Origin: Octopus vulgaris
Taxonomy: Eukaryota
Length of the DNA stretch: 64,000 nt
Assembly: GCA_951406725.2 (NCBI GenBank)
Contig: OX597823.1
Coordinates: forward strand, 41,230,001-41,294,000
Direction of reading: 5' to 3'
How positions within the stretch are numbered: position 1 is the first letter of the stretch; each line of letters opens with the position of its first letter. Of the stretch, positions 53,570 to 64,000 are shown in pieces. The notes below the pieces were generated by a model, which worked only from the letters and a program-made list of their open reading frames with translations, searched no databases and was not told the origin of the DNA. The translations under genes were made by a program, and so were the position numbers.

Positions 53570-54220
53570 TCCACTAGTGTCAAAGTGATAACTTGACAAT
53601 TTTTTTTGTCGTACCTCAAGTTTTGTAGTTGTATTTTGGCTTTTATCGCTGGTAGTTCTTTCACTATTGTCATCGTAATAGTTTGACTGTTGCCATGACA
53701 TTTGTTTGGCTATTGACATGAACACAGTTTAGCTAGTGTTATAACAATTGACTACTGTCATAGTGATAGTTTTACTATTGTTGTAATTGTTTAAACCCTT
53801 TAACATTCAGATTTCTCTGTCAAATGAAATGCTTATTTATTCACATTGATATGAATTAGTCATGCATTATCTTGTTGCTTTGAGATTTCAATGTAGTGAT
53901 TGTTTATTTTCAGACTAATTTTGTAGGGTAAGTGTGAGAGGCCAGATCTGACCAGTTTGAAAATAATACAGGTAGATTATTTTGGCTGGATATGGCCGGT
54001 TTAAATGGTAAAGGGTTAATAGTTTGACTAGTGTCACAGCAACTTTTTTCTGTTGTCATTGTGTAGTTTGATAATAATTGTTTGACTATAGTCATAGCAA
54101 AAGTTTCACTATGGTGACAGTTTGACTATTGCAGTTACTCATAGTTTGACTATTGCCATAGAAATAGTTTGACTATTGCCATAATGTCAGTTTGATTATT
54201 GTCATACTAATAGCTATTTT
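53570..54220. repeat. degenerate minisatellite with a unit of about 24 bp (TAGTTTGACTATTGYCATAGTRA), interrupted by a MITE
   Basis: Recurrent GTTTGACTATTG cores on both sides of 53796-54015. Confidence 0.7.
53796..54015. mobile_element. piggyBac-like MITE
   Basis: CCCTTTAACATT...AATGGTAAAGGG|TTAA; homologous to 939-1144 and 59256-59476. Confidence 0.75.
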
Positions 54221-54249
54221 GACAAGAGTCAAACTGTCACCATAGTGTC

Positions 54250-54830
54250 ATAGTAGCATGCTGGCACAGAAAGAATACAAGAAAAGACATGGCATCCTAG
54301 AGAGAGTAATCCACTGGCAGTTAGGTAGAAAGCTAAGATTTGAACATATTGATAAATGGTATGAACATGAACCTAGTAAAGTACTAGAAAGTAAGAAATA
54401 TAAGATGTGAGACTTTAACATTGAGACTGACAGAGTAACAGAAACTAGAAGGCCTGATTTAATAGTAGTAGGTTAAAAGAATAGAAAGTGCCAGATAATT
54501 GACTTTACAGTCCCAAAGGATGAAAATAGCAATAATGAGAGTTATCGAAAAAATAGCAAAGTACCAGGACCTAACCATTGAGTTACAGAGACTATGGAAA
54601 ATGTGGGTAAGATATATCTCAGTAATTATAGGTGCACTGGGAACTATCCTTCAAAGATTTGAACAGATTGATAGAGGAAATAGGCATGAAACCCAGTTTA
54701 CTACAGTTCCAGAAAACAGTGTTATTAGGGACAGCTAGGATACTTCAGAGGGTTCTTGGCATCTAAGGTTACTTGTTGTGGCTTGATGTTAGGATTTTTC
54801 TTTTCCAATAGTGTTATCTGTTGTGCACCC
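54250..54830 (+). mobile_element. R4/Dong-like non-LTR retrotransposon 3' end (restriction-like endonuclease domain)
   Basis: MLAQKEYKKRH...VIHWQL...KWYEHEPSKVLE...DFNIETDR...RRPDLIVV...CQIIDFTVP...EKIAKYQDLTIELQRLWK..VIIGALGTI...LLGTARILQRVLGI* (stop at 54764-54766). It contains internal stops and frameshifts. Confidence 0.85.
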
Positions 54831-54933
54831 TATCCATTTAAATGTTTGTGTTGTATTACATGAAGATATTTCACTACTCCCCCATCCCAAGCTTTCAGTA
54901 ATACTGTAACATGTTATCCTTCACTCGCCTCAG

Positions 54934-54951
54934 GACACTGGGTGTGCCTTG
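54934..54951 (+). other. candidate 18-nt microexon
   Basis: TTATCCTTCACTCGCCTCAG|GACACTGGGTGTGCCTTG|GTAAGT; possible branch TGTAAC at 54905-54910; open in all three frames. Confidence 0.3.
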
Positions 54952-55007
54952 GTAAGTGAGTGTAACAAACATGCAGATTAAAAGTAAAATCAACAACAAC
55001 AATAATC

Positions 55008-55325
55008 TGAGGCCCCCTTCGGTCACGACACAAACCATGGGATTGCACGTAGAAAGTTACCCTCCCAGGCACAAGTCCGGGCAAGGTTGTTTATGGAAGA
55101 CCAGCAGTCGCCCATGCATACTGTCTTCCTCTCTCCACACCACCAGTGTTATCCAAGGGAAAGGCAACGGCTGATACAGCTTGGCACTTGTAATGTCGCA
55201 ACTCATTTCTAAAGCTGAGTGAACTGGAGCAATGTGAAATAAAGTGTCTTGCTGAAGAACACAACACACAGCCTGGTATGGGATTCAAGCTCACAACCTC
55301 TTTATCGTAAGCTCGATGCTCTAAT
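55008..55325 (-). mobile_element. tRNA/CORE-like SINE
   Basis: Homologous to 10312-10656 and 46675-47010. Confidence 0.8.
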
Positions 55326-55329
55326 GACA

Positions 55330-55763
55330 CTAAGCCTGAAATTTTGGGAGAGAGAGCTAGTTGATTGCATCAACCCCAGTGATCAATTGATACTTATTTT
55401 CATCAACCCTGAAAGGATGAAAGACAACGTTGATCTTGGTAGAATTTGAATTCAGAATGTAAAGACAGATGAAACGTCACTAAGCATTCTGTCTGGCATG
55501 CTAACAATTCTGACAGCTTGCCACCTTAATAAAAATAATAATAATAATAATGATTTCAAATTTTGGCACAAGGCCAGCAATTTTGGGGTAGGAGGCTAAT
55601 CGATTACATAGATCCCAGTGTTCAACTGGTACTTATTTAATTGACCTCAAAAGGATGAAAGGCAAAGTCAACCTCTGTGGAATTTGAACTCAGAACATAA
55701 AGACAAATGAAATACCACTAAGCATTTTGTCCAGTATGCTAATGACTCTGCCAACTTGCTGCC

Positions 55764-55766
<3 letters not shown>
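55330..55766 (-). mobile_element. two tandem MetaSINE-like SINE copies separated by (TAA)n
   Basis: AGGATGAAAGRCAA core at about 55414 and about 55651; both heads end GCYRCCTT followed by (AAT)n. Confidence 0.8.
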
Positions 55767-55846
<80 letters not shown>

Positions 55847-55849
<3 letters not shown>

Positions 55850-56300
55850 GACCTACTCATTGAAATTAAAGACCTACTCATTGAAATTAAAGACCTACTC
55901 ATTGAAAATAAAGACCTACTCATTGAAATTGAGAAAATGTGGCATCTCAAGGCGGTTACAATACCAGTGATCGTAGGAGCACTAGGAATGATCAAGAAGG
56001 GAACCGAAAATTATATGAGAATGATCCCTGGCTTACCGTCCCTGCAAGAAGTGCAAAAGATTGTCTTAACTGGTACATCACATGTATTGAGAAGAGCATT
56101 GTCCATGTGAGAATTGTTGCTGCTCATGTATTTTAATTTAACTTAAAAAAAAAAAAAAAAAAAAAATTAATGAACTATTGAGTTTGGTGTAATGGCCTAC
56201 CAATGTATACTATGAGTTTCTTTGCCCTAGGAGTCGGGAAGACACTCGGCAAGAAATGGAAGCAAATTTGAAAGAAAAAAAAAAAAAATAATAATAATAA
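55847..56300 (+). mobile_element. short 5'-truncated R4/Dong-like LINE inserted in (TAA)n
   Basis: KDLLIEIEKMWHLKAVTIPVIVGALGMIKKG...LQEVQKIVLTGTSHVLRRALSM* (stop at 56110) plus 3' UTR; (TAA)n on both sides. Confidence 0.85.
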
Positions 56301-56312
56301 TAATTATGATAA

Positions 56313-56520
56313 TCATTTCTACTAAAGGCACAAGGCCTGAAATTTGTGAGGAAGGGGTCAGTTGATTACATTGACGCCAATATGCCATTGTTACTTATTT
56401 CAGTGACCCCAATAAGATGAAAGGTAAAGTCAACTTTGGCATAAGTTGAACTCAGAACATAAGGACGGAACAAATATCATTAATCATGGCATGGTAATGA
56501 TTCTGCCAGCTCACTGCCTT
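56313..56520 (-). mobile_element. MetaSINE-like SINE
   Basis: Same family as 11108-11320; its tail microsatellite adjoins the Dong-like 3' end. Confidence 0.75.
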
Positions 56521-56864
56521 AATCATGATAATAATAAATTCACCTCTTAAATACTACTGAGGTTGTCCTGGCCATTTTGTGTGCATATGTTGGGGATTTA
56601 GTGTGTGTAAAAAAATCCTTACATAAGTTGACATTCGTATCAATAAAATTCTAGATTAATGTTCATTCTAGATTTGGTTATATTCGTCTGTCGTGTATGT
56701 GTGTAGGATATTAACCAATGTTCCATATATGTCAACAAGAATTTTTGCTTTTGCGGACAAAATGAATTTCACTTAGAGCAAAAACAAAGAATGAAAAAGA
56801 AAGCATTTGTTATGACTTGTTATTTAGTTTAATACACTTCGACAAGAAACAGGAGTCATATCCA

Positions 56865-56912
56865 TCAACTACTACAACTACAACAACTATCACCACTAAT
56901 ACTACTGCAACC

Positions 56913-56969
<57 letters not shown>

Positions 56970-57000
56970 GCCATCACCACCACCACCACTTCTACCACCT
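56865..57000. repeat. (ACT)n/(ACC)n trinucleotide tract
   Basis: Directly visible; gives the poly-Thr and poly-Val ORFs. Confidence 0.9.
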
Positions 57001-57091
57001 TTTAGTTACCATAGATTTGTTTGAATAAATTTTTCCCCCATATCTAATTTAATTATCATTTTGCTCTTTTATGGTTATTACAGAATGTTTG

Positions 57092-57135
<44 letters not shown>

Positions 57136-59255
57136 TGTCTGTCTGTTATGTGGGTGTGCAGGTGTATACGTGTTATGTTGCTCATCACACCTGCTTATCT
57201 TTTGGTGTTGTCTAGAAGAATGAAGCCTCTCAAGATCTTTTTTACTTAGACATATAATCATCGCTGCTACATAAACACACAAGCAAACACATGCATATTC
57301 ACATACATGCTTATGCACACACATGTTTGTGTGTGTGCATGTTACTATGTGTGTGTGTTGATTTCTACTATTTGGATACTTATATGATTAAGAAATTTGT
57401 ATGTATTAAAGTATATATATATTATTTCAATTTGTAAGATTACTATAGCTTTATAACAGTATAATCATCATCACCATTGTCATAATTGAACGTCCACGTT
57501 TCCCTGCTGATATGGGTCAGAAATTTTTGTTATGGTTTAAGTTTTATGCTACAACACTACTGTAACAAATATGTCTAGTACTAATCATAACAAGCAATTA
57601 ATGAAATATAACAAATTAATATACATTAAAACATGAAAAAAATGATATTGAAATGAAGAGAGTGTAAGGTACAAAAAATCTCACAACAAAAATGTACAAG
57701 TAAACGAATGAAAAACAGTTCATTGTCAGCTGTCTGTTGGAAATCTTTATGGTTTTGACTTCTGGGCAGGACCATTCAATTTGATCTCATTACCATTAAT
57801 TTACATCCAATTTTCATGCTGTCGTGGGTTGGACGGGACATCACACTTTGGGTAATTTCTTACTGGAAACCACTGCTCTCATTCACTGGTTCATGTACAT
57901 ATCATTTTGGCTTGTTTTATATTTTATCCTTGATTTCCTTTCCTATCACCAACTACTTTACAGAGTGTACTGGATGCATTTTCCTAAGTTGATCTTGATA
58001 AGTGAGTCAGAACCAAAGGCATCTCACAACTATACACATTCTCCACACATTTGCCATCCACATTTGTTTGTTGATAATGTATTTCATAGAAAATAGTGAT
58101 CAGAATGAAAGAATTACTGGAGATTATTTGAGGTACCAGGCAATGCTTAGAAACTGTATCAGTAACAACTTGAAGAAATAAGATTTTAGCATGCATGACA
58201 ATCTACATCACAAATGAATTAGCATCTCTGTGTATTGCCATGGAAGTAGGAATTGCTGTAAAATTGTCTTCTACACTTACTAGTTCATTCTAAAGCCTAA
58301 GAATAAACAATATTCTTGGTTTTGCTTGTGGTCTTTAAGCATAAAGTAAGTAAATCCATTCTCTTGTTAGTTGTAAACACACTGAAAGTCAACACAACTA
58401 ACAGAATTACTTGTATTGACATTTCTGTGTCCTTCTACTGAATGACTCTGCTTCCTTCAGTTACATGTCTTTTGATTAGTTCAGGTGTAGAATGTTGAGA
58501 CTGCTCAAATATTTTTGGTATCATTATTATTATTATCAAGAATAAGATGTCGAGCTGGCAGAATCATTAGCACGCATCCATTACATTCACATATCCACCA
58601 CAAACAGATGCAGCTTTCTTTATTTTTCATCTTTCTTTTTAAATCTCTTCTTTCAAACACTTGTACATCAAATTCAACGAGATTGACCCTCCTCCTCCTC
58701 CTAATCATCATCATCACCATCACCACCACCACCACCACTGTTTAAGTCTTTTCTTCTTTCATTCTCATCTACTCTCTTTTTCTGTAGAGCAGAGAAAGGG
58801 AAGTAATTGTAAAACAAAGTCTTTTACCTTTTACGTGTTTTAGTCATTGGACTGTGGCCACTACATTATAGGATTTAGTCAAACAGATCAATCCCAATAC
58901 TTATATTTTCTGTTAAGCTTGGTATTTATTCTGATAGTCTCTTTAGCCAAACCATTAAGTTACTGGTATGTAAATAATCCAACACCAGTTGTCAAGTGGT
59001 GAAGGGAGCAATCACAACACACACACACACACACACACACACTGGGCTTCCACACAGTTACTGTCTAGCAAATTCCCTCACCAGACATTTGCTGGCCCCA
59101 GGCCATTATAGAATACACTTATCCAAGGTGGGTCTCAACACACAACTACATCATTGCAAAGCAAGCTTCTTAACCACACAGCCATGCCTGGTCAAATTTT
59201 CCTACTAGAATGTAGAAATTTTTAAAAATTGAATTGAAAATCATTATTGTTTTAT

Positions 59256-59476
59256 CCCTTTAGCATTCAGATTTTTGACAAATGTAAAAGTTATTTACTC
59301 ACATGGTTTTGAATTCATCATGCATTATCTCATAGCTTTGAGAGTTCAGGAAATGTGTTTGTTGTATTTTTAGAATGATACTGATGAGTAAGTGTGGAAG
59401 ATCATGTCTGGCTGGTTTGAACATAAAACAGATCAAAATATTTGGGCCTGATATGACTAGTTTAAATGCTAAAGGG
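59256..59476. mobile_element. piggyBac-like MITE
   Basis: CCCTTTAGCATT...AATGCTAAAGGG|TTAA. Confidence 0.75.
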
Positions 59477-60745
59477 TTAAGTACCAAGATAGATGTTATA
59501 CAACCCTCCTTGTGAGTTGGCCAATAATACTATTTAAGTGCTTTTGTGAGTATTTGTTTTGTAGTATCTCAATAAAGCATGAACACACACCCACACACAC
59601 ACAGAATGACAATTCACATTTATATTTATTTTATTTAAATTATTGATATTTAATAATTTGGCTGAGGAATTACCATGAATTACCATAAATTTCTTGATGT
59701 CCTAAAGCATTTGAGGTAGACCTTTATTCTGCATAGAAGTATGTTTTCCCTCATGCTTTGCAAAACTTTAACTCTGCAATAGAATTCTTTCAAACACAGA
59801 TGTATAACTTTTGGCACCCACTGTACTCTCACTGAAAAAGGGATTCCAAACTGAAAGTTGGTTACTTCAAGGCGCACTATGTATGGAACATATCATTTCT
59901 GTGTGCTCAACAGTGAAAAACAATAAATCTTAAACATATAAAAATTTGCTGTCATTCAGGATATTTTCATTAATATTAGTATTATTGTGGAAGGAAACTT
60001 AAAACATCTTTGATTGTGAAATATTGTATGTATTTCTAATATAAAGAAGCCGTATTCTAAATGAGAAGTGTGGACTGTCATTAAATAAATACACTAAATT
60101 CCCTCATTATATGTAACTTTTCCAATATGTTGCAAGCTAGATTAACAAATATATATGTATGTGTGCATATATATATAAAGCTTTGATACTTTTCAACTAA
60201 TTTTGACTATAAAGTAACTTTATTAATATCTAAACTAAGTGAAATATGGCACTTATATATTTTTCATGTGCTTATCATCTCTTGATCAAGCGAAATCTTT
60301 GTCTTAATATTATACCATGTGAATCAGCAGAGTTTAAAACCAACTTCTTTCAAGCTGCAACTATTGAATAAGAAAATATCCTTTTGCTGCAAGGTTGTTT
60401 TTATCTAATTGACAAATTTCGTCTCTCATGTTTTATGCAATCAACAAACTTAGTGTTCGTATGTAATTTATTAAAGATCTCTTTAATTTACTGATCTTTT
60501 TGATGCTATTCAAAGGAATTAATTTCATGGTTCGATTTTCTTCTTCAAGTTTTTCACAAGTTATGTTTAATAGAGGAGTTATTATATGACAAATTATGCC
60601 ACATGAAGGATTTGACTAAATGCAATAATAAAGACAAAAACAAACTGGTTTCGTTTTCTCATTATATAATCTACAAAACCTTGCTTCGAAACATCAGTTG
60701 TTCGTTTTGCGTTCTAAGTATTGCTTACATCAAAAAATTATTATA

Positions 60746-60777
<32 letters not shown>

Positions 60778-60778
60778 G

Positions 60779-60991
60779 AAGGTGGAAAGGAGGCAGAATC
60801 GTTAGTATGCTGGGCAAAATGCTTAGTGACATTTCATCTATTTTTATATTCTGAGCTCAAATTCTGCTGAGATTGCCTTTGCCTTTCATTCCTTTGGTAT
60901 TGATAAAATAAATACCAGTTAAGCAATGGGGCTGATGTAATTCACTTACCCCACTCGCTGAAATTGCTGGCCTTGTGCCAAAATTTGAAGC

Positions 60992-61063
<72 letters not shown>
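60779..61063 (+). mobile_element. MetaSINE-like SINE with long (TTA)n tail
   Basis: AAGGTGG..GGCAGAATCGTTAG...TGCCTTTCATTCCTTTGG...GTGCCAAAATTTGAAGCC followed by (ATT)n at 60993-61063. Confidence 0.8.
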
Positions 61064-61069
61064 CAATCA

Positions 61070-61421
61070 TATACACATAACAGATAAGACTGCTGGAAAA
61101 GAAAAAATCCTAACATCAGGCTACAAGTAACCTTATATGTCAAGAACCCTCCTAAGTATCCTAGCTGTCCCTAATAATACTATTTTCTGAAGCTTTACTA
61201 AACTGGGTTTTATGCCTATTTCCTCTATCCATCTGATCGGATCTTTAGGGATAGTTCCTAATGCACCTATAACTACTGGGATACATTTTACCTGCACTTT
61301 CCATAGTCTGTGTAATTCAATAGCTAGGTTCTGGTACTCTGCTATTTTTTCTACAACTCTCATATTAATTTTTTCATCATTTGGGACTGTAAAGTCAATT
61401 ATCTGGAACTTTCTATTCTCT
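61070..61421 (-). mobile_element. R4/Dong-like LINE 3' end (same family as 54250-54830)
   Basis: ORF 61133..61363 reads RVVEKIAEYQNLAIELHRLWKVQVKCIPVVIGALGTIPK...LQKIVLLGTARILRRVLDI*, and the DNA closely matches 54480-54820. Confidence 0.85.
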
Positions 61422-61758
61422 TCATTATCATTATTATTTAATGAAAAGTCACAGCTTATTTTGCTGAGTATGATGGAAAGTGTCAGCTGTTCATAGCCAA
61501 CAGACTAAGGTGACAATTGTTTACTGGTCATGCTTCAAGAATCCTGCAAATAATTCTTGAAGTTCCAAGCAATGCTGATTTTCATAGGTGTTCTTCCTTC
61601 ACACTTGCACCAAAATTTTTCAGCCATGTTAGTAGTTGAGTGCTTATTCTACTTTATTATTATTATTGCTATATGCTTGACTTTTGCTTAATATTTGTGT
61701 ATATAAATTAGAATAATAATAATAATAATAATAATAGTTTCAAATTTTGACACAAGAC

Positions 61759-61819
<61 letters not shown>

Positions 61820-63829
61820 CTGATCTACTAACATCATTAGCATGTCAGACAAAATGCTTATTGACACTTCCTCTGGTTCTTTACATACTGAGTTCAAATA
61901 CTGCTAAAGCTGACTTTGCCTGTCATTTTTTCAATGTTGATAAAATAAAGCCCTAGTACCAGTCAAGTACCAGAGTTGATGCAAGTGATCTACCATCTCT
62001 CCTCAAAATTGCTGACCTTATGCCTAAATAAGAATGAATGAAAGGTGATGAGCTCGTAGAATTGTTTGTACATTCGGCATAAAATTGCTTCTGAGTTCAC
62101 TCAGGTTGACTTTGCAGTTCATCCTTTCAGAGTTGATTAGATAATTGCAGTTGAGCACTGGGGTCAATGTAATTATCCGTTCCCTAAAATTGCTAGCGTT
62201 GTACCAAAATTTGAAACTACTATTATTCAGTAGTCATATTTTTTATGTGCTTTCACTGCACTACCAAGCACAGTCTTGTGAGCATTGGGCATGCATGAGT
62301 GGTTTGTTTATGGTGTTATTTTTACTGTACTGAAAGTACACTACATGAGATGTGTGCAGTGCCTAGCAGTGCTATTTTCTTTGTTATATATATTCATAAC
62401 TCTTGAAGTTTGGTTATATTTGTCGGCATGCATTTTTTTATATCATTCCCCAAACACCTATTATTATGGAGATTGGTGGGTTGTTTTCAAGCCCTGTATT
62501 TGGCCCTTTAATTTCTTTCTTTTTTTTTGGTTTCCAGATATTTGTATTTCATTAGTTTCTCCATTTCTTTTAGGGACCGATACATCAATTAGGAGGCTTT
62601 CTTGTTTTAGTGGTCCTTTCCTTGACAAGGTTTTTTTTCTCTTTTCTGTGCTCAGTCAGTTACTAGGGTTGAAAACTTGGCACAATATTTGACATCTTTG
62701 ATTTTGATGAGAGTCTATGGTAGGTTTTGTAAATTAGCTTATTAGAGACTGCCGAATGGTAGAGTTGTTAATGTGTTAGATGAAATGTCATGCAATCTTT
62801 GCTCTGGCTCTCCATGCTCTGAGTTGAAACCCCACCAAAATCATATTAGACTTTCACAGTTTTAGAGTATAAAAAAGTATATTCCAGATCTGTGGATTGG
62901 TAGACCATTGCAAAGATCAGATCATAATTTGAATGCTCATTTGATCACTTGTAGCTTAACAACAACAAGAACAACAATATCAATGCAACAGCAACAAGCA
63001 AAGTAAAAATCTCATTCAACACTGTTTGCTAATGACAACAACAATAACTACAATCCCTACCACCATCACCACCACCATTGTCACTGACAGCACTCACCAC
63101 TCACCAGAAAGACACCAGCAAAATCATAAACAACGGCTTCCCAGTCCTCAGCTTGCCCCACACACTCAGCAGCGCAGTCATCGATAACTCTCCTAACAAC
63201 TTCCACCTCAGCACTCATTGATATCATAACCATCACCACCACCGCCACCACCACCACCACCTCCACTAAGAACACCAAAACGTTTGTCACCTGAGTGCAG
63301 TGTGACACCCAATAACATCAATTCAAGAATAAACAAAACATTTTTTTTTTATTCCTTTTTTCTTTTTTTTATTAGTAGGCTGTATTTTAATTGGCAGTTT
63401 ATCAAATACACAGGAAATAATTAATTACTTAGTTTCAGAATTTTTCTCTAATTCTCTCCTTTCCACCACCACCACCACCACCACCACCACTCCTGCCACC
63501 TCTCTCATTTCCTATTTTACTCTATTGCTTTTCGTTTGTTGATTATTTCGCATATTTCAAAATTTATATATTTATGCAATAATTTAATTCTCACCATAAA
63601 TTACCACCTTGGTGGGTGATGGATTGATTTTATTTATACATATAGTTTAATTTTTCGATTTCATTACACTAGAATATAGTGAAGTTAGACTGAAACAAAG
63701 ACATCTGGCTTGTACACGGGCTATTCTCTAGTCATGTGTATTTCATTGTCACACATCCATCCATTCTAGCCATGTGTGGATGTTAGAAAAACGTAATTGT
63801 TCAAAATCATTATCTTCATTTCTGAAATA

Positions 63830-64000
63830 GACACAGGTATAGTTGTGTAGGTAATTAGTTTGCTTCCCTGCCAAGTCGTTTCAAGTTCAGTCCCTCTGCA
63901 TGACATCTTGGGCAAGTGTTTTCTATGATAGCCTTGAGCTGACCAAAGCTTTGTGAATGGATTTGATAGATGGAAACTGGGAGTAAGTTGTTGTTGTTGT
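63830..64000 (+). mobile_element. tRNA-derived SINE head and CORE-like region
   Basis: GACACAGGTATAGTTGTGTAGGTAA...AGTTCAGTCCC...CTTGGGCAAGTG; same family as 36809-37163. Confidence 0.7.

Noticed and set aside
55727-56110. 127-aa poly-Asn protein
   Set aside because: It is a chance fusion of a SINE end, (TAA)n and a truncated LINE C-terminus.
62955-63300. Possible coding exon (His/Thr/Gln/Pro-rich)
   Set aside because: All plus-strand frames contain stops, the composition is CAC/CAA low complexity, and no convincing splice pair was found.

Overview
AT-rich, microsatellite-dense animal genomic DNA. The SINE, LINE and MITE repertoire is most consistent with an octopus (coleoid cephalopod); this is an inference from pattern recognition, not a database result. 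No intact protein-coding gene is visible, and almost all ORFs in the supplied track are artefacts of (TA)n, (CA)n, (TAA)n or (GAT)n repeats or are decayed transposon fragments. The window reads as long-intron or intergenic sequence filled with mobile elements. These include a fossil autonomous Helitron (Rep HUH plus Pif1 helicase, about 20.2-24.4 kb, minus strand) split by a DD34E Tc1 element and two SINEs, a non-autonomous Helitron, several RTE-clade LINE fragments, three R4/Dong-like LINE 3' ends, piggyBac-, hAT- and mariner-like MITEs, and several tRNA-derived SINE families. The most interesting signals are: (1) a candidate recursive splice site (branch point, polyY, CAG|GTAAGT) with a 63-nt poison RS-exon at 28.2 kb; (2) a candidate 18-nt microexon on the same strand at 54.9 kb; (3) Penelope-type minimal hammerhead ribozyme motifs, one fused to a tRNA-derived Pol III head; (4) unusual 5'-junction structures and SINE-tail targeting by the R4/Dong-like elements; (5) two long imperfect palindromes. 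All identifications were made by eye and need computational confirmation.
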